Assembly (NCBI GenBank): GCA_002189035.1
Contig: NEEC01000031.1
Coordinates: 234,691 to 298,690, forward strand
Direction: 5' to 3'
Origin: Utricularia gibba
Taxonomy: Eukaryota; Plantae; Magnoliophyta
DNA length: 64,000 nt
Below are positions 13,110 through 27,737 of this stretch, in pieces. Under the pieces are notes generated by a model. The model had not been told where the DNA came from. It made no database searches and saw only the letters and a list, made by a program, of their open reading frames with translations. The position numbers were made by a program, and so were the translations under genes. Within the stretch, counting starts at the first letter, position 1. The number at the start of each line of letters is the position of its first letter.

Positions 13110-13391
13110 TCGAAGCATGGTATCTATACGTAAAGAAACATTAACTGAATTATCCATCGGAATTCAGAATCAGTGATCAAATTTTGCGGAGGGGGCATCA
13201 CGGTGTGTTGTAATTCTCTATGTGCAGGTGCTGTGCTCTGTAAAATAGCTTTGGCAGCAGAGGTTGGATAGTTCACTGTTCATAAAAGTTAACACAACAG
13301 TTTAACTGGATCGTAATCTGAATGAGTTATATATTATCTTTTGAATGACTGCAACTATACATCAAAACAATGAAACGTGTTTTCCATCATC

Positions 13392-16068
13392 TTAGACCAA
13401 AATCGTGAGAAGCAAACCCATGGCTGAAACCAGGAGGAGAGGCCTCCTGCACATATATCCAGCCGGGTTTGCAGGGGGAGGGGGTTGTGCAGCATTGTGG
13501 CCCGGTGATGCCGGCTCAGTGGACTGGCCTTCCCTTGAGCATGTGAAGTTGCAACGGCTTGAGTGAACAACCCTGTAAACTCCACTGTTTGCGAGAAGAT
13601 AAACATCCTTGTTGTTATCTTGGCCGAAGGAAAAGATGTAGCTGAGAGAGGGGAACGACTGATTGGGAGCAAACGAGCAATTCAAAGGAGAATCTTGTGC
13701 GCAGTTGAACGGAATCCTGATGCTGGTGAAGTTTCCGCTGTTGCTAGGACTTTCTGTGCCTGCCCACATAGCGCTACCATAAAGATCCGCATACAAGTAC
13801 CTGCACATGCAAGAATTATAGAACCAGCCCTTCAAAAGAATTTCTGTGCCTGTCCAAGATGGTTGCTAGCTTTGGGACGGAGTTGTACCTTCCATACATA
13901 CAGGGATCAGTCATAGATCGATACACGTAGCCGCCAGTAATCGATGCGGAGCGTTCGTACGAGCTCACTTCTGAGTGATCATACCCCATGACAGGGAAGA
14001 TCAGCCTGATTGCATCTACATTGATATTGGGGCCAAGAGACTGAGTAGGAGTGTTGGGGTAATGGCCCTCGTATGCACGCCACCCATAATTTCCTTTTTT
14101 GGTGATCAAATCAACCTCCTCGTATACATCCTGTTGCAGTCAACTAGAATCAAAGTAAAAGCCGTGGCCATGACAACAAAAACTTATCACATGCTGCTGG
14201 GAATAACATAAGAGGAATTCAGTACCTGCCCCACGTCCCCGCACATGAAATATGAATTTCGCTCTGAATCAAAGCTACATCTCCATGGATTTCGGAAACC
14301 CAAAGACCATATCTCTTTCTGCGTATCTGGATATTCTCTGTAAGGGTTGTCCTTTGGAATAGAGTAGTTTCCCCATAGGTTAAGTTGAGCAGCCTCGGTT
14401 TCACCTAAAATAACATTGAACAAGTTGCATGCACAGCAGAATCAAGTCTCTGCTAGGAATATGAATATGCAGGATATATCACACAGAAGCATCTCACTTG
14501 GTAAATTGTCAACGTCAAACCTCATGATCTTCCCAAGCAGAGATTTCTTGTTCAAGGCGAAGTTATATGCGTCTCCTGTAGCCCCACCATCTCCCATCAT
14601 GAAGTACAAGTATCCATCGTCTGGTCCAAAAATTATTTGCCCTCCGTGGTGAGTTGTGAATGGGAGCCCCATAGTGAATATTCTGCGAACTTCCATAGGA
14701 TTACCTCTAGTTGCCTGAAAAAATAGCCCCTTGTATTATATTTTCATTCAGGCTAAGATAACTTGGGCGGTTTAGCACATACCATTGAAGGGTGTGAAGC
14801 TGTTCCATTTACGGTAAACTCGGAAATGACGCTATGGTACCGGCAGGGAGATGCACCGTTGACAGGAGTCAGGGTAGAGGGATCACACCCAACATCTGTA
14901 TTACATGCACATCTACCTACGCAGTCTGGCGACTTTTCCTTATCACAGTTGTAGGAAACAAAGAACCGGCCATTCTCAATAAATCTTGGATGAAAAGCAA
15001 TTCCAAGCAGACCAAATTCATTATCAAAATGAACTTCATCTGTTAAATCTAGAAAAGGTCTGGCCTCATCAAGCTCCAGCACCCCACCTGAACCTATTTC
15101 AGGAATGGTTGCCAACCAAATCCTTCCTGCCTGGTTTGCAAACAATGCCCTGTTAGAGCCATCAGGGTGAGCAGCCATGTCTAAGAATGACCCATTTCCA
15201 ATTTTCTCTAGGCACAAACCACTTGGGGGGCTAGCAACATCAGTCACATTTAACACCACCGGTGATCCGCTAAAGCAAGGTAATCCATCAGCCGAAGCTC
15301 CACCAAGTGCTCCACAAAAATCTGTTTCTGAATCCCAGATATCACTCAGCTTGGTGGAATTCGAATTTGTCAGTGCTCCTGCTTGGCCTTGTAATGACGC
15401 AGCAAATGGCGAGTTCCAGATAGACAAGTTTCGGCAAGCATTCCATACAACAGAGCAAAAGTTGACAGTTGCTTGGTTTGACTGCGTAGAATTCGGAGAA
15501 ACTGTGGAGTTACACAGAACTGGAAGATCTCGAGGCGCGGAGGACACTCTGTAAAGTTCAGCTGAAAATGGGTCGCATCTCTGTAAATCACATGATACAG
15601 GATAAATGTTATAAGCAAAGAATATATCAAAGATGCACTAGATATTATTGCAAACATACATAACAGAAGGAAGAGCTCAAAACCAACTTCACAATTCGCC
15701 ATTTTTATTACCGCGCAAATGATCGCTTTAACAATAGAAGCACAGCTCTGATCGGTAACGTTCATTGAGTCGAACTGCAACTGCAACTGCTGCTCCTTCC
15801 CGTAGTTGCAACATGTTTTTCCCTCATAGCCGGAGCAAAAATTCAGTCTAGACCTTGGAATAAATGGCGCTTCTGCAACAAAAAACGGTAAAGAAAATTC
15901 AACAAGGAACTCTCGCCCAACGAGTGAAGAGAAACGCCATAAACAATTCATTCGTGTAAGAAGCACACCTGAATTAGCACATAGGGGCAAAGCAGAACGA
16001 GAACCGAGGAATTGCAGCAGCACCAAACTCACGTATGATACAAAAAAAACGTAGCGGCTGCATATCAT
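13392..16068 (-). CDS. HIPL1: HIPL1-like protein (glucose/sorbosone dehydrogenase fold, probable GPI anchor)
   Basis: Signal peptide + LPLC, LCLEKIGNGSFLDMAAHPDGSNR, HHGGQIIFGPDDGYLYFMMGDGG, WSLGFRNPWRCSFDS and a hydrophobic C-terminus. Confidence 0.9.
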
Positions 16069-17069
16069 GATTCGGATACCGAAGGTGCAAGAGGACAGCA
16101 CAATCAAGAAACTCCCTTTCTAACATCAACAAGTCAGGAAAAAAAGATATATCTTTTTTTCAAACTCGCGAAAAAGTGTCCTCTTTTCAGATTGGATCAT
16201 TCAACCCCTCTTCATTTCTCACCTACTTCCAAGAAAACTACCAACACGAGAACCACATACCAAATCTTTAGTCTTTTTATCTTCGCAGCTGTCACTTTTG
16301 ACTTGACCCATGACAGCCAGATGAGCAAGCATATGGCATGGAGGCCATGGCTAGCCGAAGATATACAGGCACAATCATCAAACACAGGATCATCAAACGT
16401 AGTTTGTTTTAAAAATGACAGGACAGTCAACGAATATCAAGCTCCCTCGGAGGTCCGTCGTTTCGAGGGATCTGCGATTTGACGATGCTATTTTTTGTAA
16501 GAATTCTGAAGAGTAAAGTAAATGTAACTAGTGTGTGGCGCGTAGAGCTCGCGAGGAGCTATAATTGTGGGAGAATTTATCCCCGTAGTATCGCGATGGG
16601 CTCTTACCTTGTTAAATCTTCACGCCTCATTCAGTGTTCTTCTCAGCTTGATATCCACCCCCAGTTTCCGTAACTATTCCGGGCGATGGACTTTTTGTCC
16701 GGCAAATAATGACTCTTTGATTCATGGTCGACTCCCTGGTCTTAATGGAGGAGATTATTGTAATAATTTGGTCGTGATTGATAGTTAATGGGTTAGTATG
16801 TCTGCTCCGCAAACGCCAGCTGTATTTATCGATCTCAGAACTTGTGCTCTTTAAGCCTATTAAACAAGAAGGGCGGGTAAATGTTGTTTACATCAATGAA
16901 TATCGCAGGATCCATGGATCTGGAGTTGCCGACGCAGAGATACAAATCTCCAGTGACTTTGTGGCAGAGAAACTTCAACAATAGGGTAGAGCAATGGGGA
17001 TGGATTAACCAAGGACTTGTGTCCCAATCTTGAGAAAAAAATTTTCACCCTTCATTGCTCGACATATGG

Positions 17070-17119
17070 GGCAACCAAGAAATGCGATCATGTTGGCAAT
17101 CAAGAAATGCGATCATGTC
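17070..17119. repeat. 25-bp tandem duplication
   Basis: ggcaaccaagaaatgcgatcatgtt / ggcaatcaagaaatgcgatcatgtc. Confidence 0.85.
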
Positions 17120-17274
17120 GTCACGGGTGTGGGATCAAGAACTGCAAGTATCCATCTTCGTCTTTGCCTTCCACTTTATGTGTTCTCATCAATGTGATAC
17201 TCTACTTTTTTTTTTCAGAAATCCTTTTGTAATGAATGTGGTTTGTGTGTGTGCGTGTGCTTTTTCTTTGGCAG

Positions 17275-18168
17275 CACAGGCCACCAGATTGGCAAGACTT
17301 TGTTGGAATTAGCATGTTGCTTGTGATAAACTCTACAATAAGTTTGATTGAGGAGAATAATGCTGGCAATGCAGCTGCTGCTCTCATGGCCCGTCTTGCT
17401 CCCAAAGCCAAAGTCTGTTGTTGTCTTACTTGAGAGTTGTGATGAAAATTTATTCTATTTGAAGGCTGATGAATCATGATTGCGTCTAGGCTCTAAGAGA
17501 TGGGAAGTGGAGTGGGGAAGACGCTTCCAGATTAGTGCCTGGCGACATTATCAACATTAAATTAGGAGACATAATTCCTGCTGATTGTCGATTGCTCGAG
17601 GGTGATCCTCTTAAAATTGATCAGGTTTTCCAGTTCTCATCCTAGTTCAGCATAGTTGATTTGAGAGATTTTTAGCACATTCCTCGTATCCATGTAGTCT
17701 GCTTTAACAGGTGAATCCCTAACTGTGACAAGGATTCCAGGAGGTGGTGTATACTCCGGTTCTACTTGCAAACAGGGCGAAATTGAGGCAGTCGTGATTG
17801 CCACTGGGGAAAGCTGCGCACCCTGTCGATTCTACTGATCAAGTGGGACACTTCCAAAAGGCAAGTGTCTAAGCATTTCCTAACTTTTGTCTTCCCTGCT
17901 GGCCTCGGTGCATGCTTCTGAAACATTCGTTCATTTCTAAAAATTTTCCCTGGTTGATAATCAGGTTATGACGGCTATTGGGAATTTTCGCATTTGCTCT
18001 ATTGCTTTGGGGATGGTGATAGAGATTATTGTAATGTACCCTACTCAACATAGGGACTATCGTCCTGTATCGACAATCTTCTAGTACTTGGCATTGGTGG
18101 AATTCCAATTGCAATGCCTACTGTTCTTAGTCACAATGGCCATTGGTTCTCATCGTTTGGCTCAACAT
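17275..18168 (+). pseudogene. AHA: Plasma-membrane H+-ATPase (P3A, AHA4/AHA11-like) internal fragment with introns retained
   Basis: [40 protein letters not shown] | [40 protein letters not shown] | [25 protein letters not shown] | IGGIPIAMPTVL..TMAIGSHRLAQ. The VHTFF segment is deleted, there are frameshifts, and there is no N-terminus or DKTGT domain. Confidence 0.9.
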
Positions 18169-18260
18169 GTTCGGTTGTCTTGGGATTGTGCTATATCATT
18201 TTTTTCAGCTACAGAAGGAGTTTGTAAGTGATTAGGTATCCATCCTTAGTGCGCTATTAC

Positions 18261-18592
18261 AAGAAAAATGATCATGGCGACGCTATGAAGCCCATCTACA
18301 TTACTGAAAACGGTGTGGAGGGATACTTGGCGTGGTCGTGGTGCGACAACTTGAGTTTGGTGCTGGTTTCACCCACAGGTTCGGGAGAATGTACGTGGAC
18401 TTTGCCAACCAACAACAACGGTTCCCTAAGAAATCTGCCCTTTGGTTTGGGAGCTTCCTTCTCAACCCAAAGCTCCCCGCGTGGCCACCTCAGAAGGCTG
18501 CTGGAGCTGCTACGAGGAAGAGAGCCATTGATGATGGAAACAATGGTGATGGTGATGCTGCTGCTGAAAAAAGGTCAAGAGCTTTGATGTGA
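18261..18592 (+). pseudogene. GH1 beta-glucosidase 3' fragment (paralogue of 20435-23108)
   Basis: KNDHGDAMKPIYITENG joined directly to GYLAWSWCDN(frameshift)EFGAGFTHRFGRMYVDFAN..FPKKSALW..RKRAIDDG..EKRSR. One exon and its flanking introns are missing relative to the neighbour. Confidence 0.88.
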
Positions 18593-19314
18593 GCTCCCCC
18601 TCTGTCACCGGCTTCTGTTAAGAGTTGGAGTTGGTTGTGTTGCTGCACTGTTTGCTTTTGCTATTCCCCACCGGTCACCTTCCGTTGTTGCTCTGCTGAA
18701 CAAGTCTCTGGCCGGCTCTATGCACGGTCCCTGGAGAAATCACCCAAAAATGGAGACAGTCCCTCTTTTACTGGGGCTTGCCTGTTCACTATCTCCTGGC
18801 GTGCAAAAACAAGGTTGCAATGTTACACTACACCATACTAGTGAAACGTAACCCAAGTAAAGCAAACCAGTACCTTTGCTGAATTCACTGCGAAACAACC
18901 CCACCAAGCAAGCCTATGATGATGTTATAGATGGAATACCTAATACTTTCAACACGTGCTTAAATCATTAGTTTATTTGATTCTAGCATATCTGTGTATC
19001 AACGAGGTCAAGAGTTCGAACCCCCCACTATAAAGTATTTTGTTACAGATTACCTGGAAAATATTATTAAACAGTTAAAATTAATTAATTAAGTTATTAT
19101 AATTTATAAAATATTTTATTAATTAAATTATTACCGGTAGAGTGATTGCATCAATCCGATCCATCATATTTACGAATTATGATGACAGAGGAAACGTGTT
19201 TTTTGTTTAATTAAAAAAAAAAAAAGGAAAAGGGCGGCCACTAGGAGTCTACTTCTCAGTCGTGAGCTCCACCGACGCGGCTAACCGGTACGGACAAATA
19301 TCATTTTTCGTATA

Positions 19315-19380
19315 AACGTGCCGAATTTCCAGCCTTGGAATTTGGATGCCAATGAACTGGCATTTTCTTTGTATCACGTG
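19315..19380 (+). promoter_or_regulatory. T/G-box (AACGTG, 19315) and G-box (CACGTG, 19375) about 1.1 kb upstream of the beta-glucosidase
   Basis: Motifs read directly; a bHLH/MYC2-type role is inference. Confidence 0.3.
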
Positions 19381-19732
19381 GGCGTTCATCGAGGAGTCAG
19401 TCGGTGCAAATCATACATTATTTTGTTATCAACTCTATTATTGCTTAGGGGCTAGGGCTAGATGTAGTCGCTTTGGAGTATGTCAATCAATTGAGGGCAG
19501 GGCAGGGCAATGGAAATGGGATTTGCGTGGCGTTACCAAGTAGACTGTGGGTGCCCCTAAACCAAGTCAAGCCATCACTATTAACTTACTAATGGCAGCA
19601 GTTGCCATCATCTTGTGTTGGCCTTGCTGGAGGTTGCAGACAGAATTTAATAATGTTTCTGGACGGAATCCATCATCCATGTCAGCCAGCCTCCTTCAAT
19701 CTTATCCTCTTTCTCAGCACAGGACTCACCTT

Positions 19733-19766
19733 CACCTACCCGTCTCCTCCACCTACCCGTCTCCTC
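19733..19766. repeat. 17-bp perfect tandem duplication
   Basis: (cacctacccgtctcctc)x2. Confidence 0.9.
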
Positions 19767-20333
19767 GGGTACACAAATAATGGGAATGCCGTCATGTGAG
19801 ACTCCCCCCCCCCCCCATCAAGTCATCTTAAGAAGCGTGTCACTTACAGCATGTCTATGGCCTGGCCTTGTATTAACTTAACTAACAGGGATGGGGTTGG
19901 GGGTAACCATAAATCATCATCCCTAATGGCAATTTAGCAATGAGTTTATGTTTTAGTAACCCGAGTGGTCGAGCTTGCTTCTCATTGGATGGATGGATGG
20001 CACCAGCGCACTGAGGAGAACCAGAACCCGAGGCTGGCTGCCTTTTCTTTTTGCTACGTCATCACCATACTCTCTATTTCATTTAGATGCCACAGGATAT
20101 CGGGACTAGAACCCATTGAGTATCTATCTATCTGGTTCATTAAAAACGGGGAGGGAGGGAATACATTTGATTTGATTCAAGAGTTTGTTTGTATTTTGAA
20201 GTTGATTATGAAAATCCATCCTCCTCTCGTGCTCCGGTGGTAGGTGAGAGTTGAATCAATCACTCCAGTAAATAGTCCTCCAGCCGATGATACAATACTT
20301 GTTACCGGTACCCAAGTGCATGCATGGAGCCGT

Positions 20334-20415
20334 CTATAAAAGGAGGCCTTCGGCTGTCCAGTGAAGTATCTTGTCTATGAAAGGAGGCCTTCGGCTGTCC
20401 AGTGAAGTATCTTGT
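20334..20415 (+). promoter_or_regulatory. TATA box (TATAAAA at 20335) inside a 41-bp tandem duplication of the beta-glucosidase core promoter
   Basis: ctataaaaggaggccttcggctgtccagtgaagtatcttgt then ctatgaaaggaggccttcggctgtccagtgaagtatcttgt, ending 19 nt before the ATG. Confidence 0.75.
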
Positions 20416-20434
20416 CATCCATTCATCAGTGACA

Positions 20435-23108
20435 ATGGCAGCGAGTAGTATAGTGCTGGTGAATCAGCAGCCTCTGGCTCTGGCTACCAACAACCATGTT
20501 GCAGGAGATGCCTCCTCGCAACCTTATCCCAAGGATCAGGATAATGCGACCCTGAATCGCACTCTTTTCGATGACCTCACCAAGCAGCTCAACAGGCCTC
20601 CTCTCCTCTTCGGCAGCGGCACGTCTGCCATGCAGGTTGAGGGATCTTATGCCTCTGGTGGGAAGGGCCTCAGCATTTGGGACGACATGTCAATGAGGAA
20701 CCCAGGTCCGTCCCTTGGAGTAATATAATAAGATAATCAACACTACTACTACTACTACTACTACGACCATCTCAAGGGGAGACGGCGGCGGCGGTGGCGC
20801 CATGTTTTGATTTGATTGGATCTGGTTAACAGGAATCGTCGCCGATGGAAGCAACACATCGGTTACTTGCAGAATGTACGAGCTGTACAAGGAAGACATC
20901 AAGTCCATGGCACGGATGGGGTTCACTTCCTACAGATTCTCTTTCGCATGGCCCAGAATTGTTCCCGGTACGAATCCTCCTTTAGATCTGCAGAAGACGA
21001 AGAAGAAAAAGAGTAACCATCACTTTTGTTTCGTTTCCGATTACTAAACAGGGGGAGGGTCGCCAACGGAGTCAACAAAGAAGGGATCGCCTACTACAAT
21101 GAACTCATTGACACTATCATTGAGAACAGTAGGCCAAAATTGAAACATCGTTATACCTTTCTGTTTAAACTTGTAACTGGTTGTTGATGGCATCGCAGAG
21201 TTGAAGCCCTTCGCCACGATTTTTCATTTCGATATACCACTTCGCCTGGAAGCGGAGTACAAGGGATTTCTGGACAAACAGATAAGGTTTCACTCGAGAC
21301 TGGTTTAAACTTGGACGCCGGACGACGCATTCAATCCAAATTTATTTGTGTTGTATATGCAGGTTGGATTTTAGGGAGTACAGCAGAATCCTGTTCTGGG
21401 AGTTCGGTGACCGTGTGAAATACTGGACTACGATTAACGAGCCCTGGACGTACTCCGTTCGCAATTATGTGACTGGTGAGTACCGGAAAGGGTTGCTTTG
21501 ATTTACTGTTGAAACCATGTACTACATAGAAAACTGGAAAAAGGCAAGATTTTTTGCGATTCTTGGTGGGTCAGTAGTGACCGGTTTTGTTTGTTTGTCT
21601 GAAAACACAAAATAGCTATTTCTCCGAGTGACGACGAGAAAAGGATTCCGGCGGGCAGAAGCTTCGAGCAAGGGAAAACGGATGCAGAGAAAAACAAAAC
21701 TCGGAATGCTATTGCTAAAGAACGAGACCACAGCAATGATCCCTTCATCTGCTCAAGGAACATGCTTCTTGCTCACGCAGAAGCTGTGGATCTTTACAGA
21801 ACAGAGTTTCAGCAGTACCAGCTTGGGGAGATAGGAATAGTGCTCAACTCCAACTGGTATGAGCCTTACAACCCGGACAACCCCAACGACGTCAAAACCG
21901 CTAAGCGGGCCATGGACTTCATGATCGGATGGTGAGGCATAATAAACTCCCTCCCCTTGATTCACGCATACATCAAGTTACTAACTTGGGGATGCATTTA
22001 CGTCATCAGGTTCTTGGAGCCCATACTGTACGGGCGTTACCCCAAGGGGATGACTGACGCCATCCCTGCTGAACGCCTTGTGCCTTTCTCGGAAGAAGAG
22101 CAAGTCAAGCTCAAGGGCTCCATTGATTTCCTCGGATTGAATTACTACACCTCTTACTTCGCGGAGTATGATCCTAGTCCTCCAGCCGACGAGGATGCTT
22201 ACTACGCATATCAGAATATGAAGTATCACTGTAAGCAGCCTCGTGCCAAAGAAAAAAAAAAAAAATCTCTTTTGAGCTCCTCAATGATGCATGCTATTTA
22301 ATTGGTTCATTATTTTTAATTATTCACAAAAATGCAGACCATGATGTATATGGGAATCCTGCGGGAGAAGCTGTAAGCCTTCTCTCTTCTTTCTTTTGCT
22401 TGGCACAATCACATTGTGTTGATTGACTAATTCGTTGTAGCCATGATCTTATTCTCTAGACTGGTGCTGATTGGTTATTAGTAGCGCCAGGGGGTCTGTA
22501 TAAGCACCTGAAGCAACTTAAAAACGATCATGGCAATGCGTTGAAGGCCATCTACATTACTGAAAACGGTGGGTGTCTAATGCTCTTGCCGAATTTTCAA
22601 CTTCCCACTTTTGCCGAGTGAAGCAATTGATATGGTCCTTTTTTTTTTTCCTGATTCCGCGAACTTCTAGGGACGGCTGACGCCGATGCCAAACAACCGC
22701 CTCAGGTGGCGTGCATTGACACACAAAGAGTCAAGTATCACCAAGACCACCTTGCCAATCTATACAAAGTGATCAAGTAAGATGCTGCGCTTTCTCTGAA
22801 CTCTTCCTTTCCCACTTGGCTGATGCCAAATGAATTTTGATTGCAGAGACACCCATGTGGATGTAAAGGGATACTTCGTATGGTCATGGTGTGACAACTT
22901 CGAGTTCGCTGCAGGCTTCACTCAAAGGTTCGGAATAATGTACGTGGATTACGTGAACAATCAGAATCGTTATCCCAAGGCGTCGGCCCTCTGGTTGGGG
23001 AGATTTCTTCTGACCCCGGTGGCTCCTGAGTGGCCGCCCAAGAGTGCAAAAAAGAGGGCCATTGAAGATGGAACCGGTGGTGCTGATAAAAGGCCTAAAA
23101 CCTCCTAG
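20435..23108 (+). CDS. GH1 beta-glucosidase with no signal peptide and a C-terminal bipartite NLS (strictosidine/raucaffricine/oleuropein glucosidase-like); one apparent 1-bp frameshift at about 21053
   Basis: [31 protein letters not shown], catalytic TINEP (21430-21444) and ITENG (from 22556), [34 protein letters not shown] and [19 protein letters not shown]. Confidence 0.92.
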
Positions 23109-23523
23109 TGCTGCTTTGTTCTGCGCGGCCTTCTTCCCCGCGTGCAATAAACTCTCTTGTGTTGCAGTCTTTTTGATTCATGAATAATGTGACAACTTCT
23201 ACTGGCCAATAAAATACTTGTGGAGCAATGCGCTCGCTCTCTAAACTTCCGACTCTGATTGGAAGAAAAGTCATTAAGGAATTTAATAATGTAGAGCGTT
23301 TTATAAAATAAATAACATACCCACTTTATGGAGTATGCCATCTGACAAACTATTTTACACCTGCCGAAAAGTGGATAATACTTTCCTTGGAACCAGCGGC
23401 AGCTTTCCCTTACCCTTTGCTAAGACGCTTCTTTTTATTCATTTTTTAGTAATGGTCCGAGGACACGCGAAGAATACAGACAGACCCAATCACACGATCA
23501 AATGCGGCTGAAACTTTTTCAGC

Positions 23524-26943
<3,420 letters not shown>

Positions 26944-27737
26944 CTAAACTTTCTGCTTTCAAAAGCCATGGCTCCCAAGCTGCTTTCATTTATATAGGCA
27001 GTCGGAGAGAGTAGAGAAGACAAATTGGGCCTTGCCTTGGAGTGAAATGGAATTCCGTTCCAGGTTTCGTTGTGTCGCACTCACACTAAGAGAAGAATCC
27101 ACTTGCAGGATAGAGAATTGCAGCATCCATTCAAAAGGAACGAAAATCTATCATCATAGTTTTACATTTTGTTCATGGGATTCCCGTCCATCCATAAACA
27201 ACAAACACGACAATTTTTGCATGGCTCGGCATTTCCTATCAGCCTCACACTCCTCAAAAGCGGTTTCTCAATGGGAACAGTATTCCACAAATATAAGAGT
27301 GCCGTGAGAGATGAACCAGTCGAAGAATTGCTTTGTTCTGAAACCTGCCAGTATACTTGAGACGTGTTCATGCAAACATCGCACATAGCACTGCACATCT
27401 GCTTGATATCGATATGGTGTTCAAGCAGAAATAAAGAATGCACTTGAAAATAATGTAATTTGACTGAGAGTAAAAAGCCATAAAAAACTGAGTATCTGAG
27501 GCAACACAAGTGTAGGGAGTTTCGTTCTAACTTCAATCATGAACCGTGTCAAATTTATTGACGAAAAGAAGTTGAAATCTTCTCACAACAATATTCTGGA
27601 ATCTTGTCTGCCGACAACTAGGGAAGGAAGATGAGATTCTAGGAGATTCTTTTTTTTTTTTTTATGAGAGCTTTAAGAAGACAAGCTAGTGCAAAGGCGT
27701 GAGATACATGCATCCAACGCAGGATCAACAAGTTCAA

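Noticed and set aside
18800-18842. CTAG|T with a weak upstream stem as a Helitron 3' end for the chimeric relic
   Set aside because: The stem is only 5 bp and AT-rich, and no matching 5' TC terminus could be defined.
19012-19023. tRNA B-box-like GAGTTCGAACCC
   Set aside because: No convincing A-box or cloverleaf; at most a SINE/MITE scrap.
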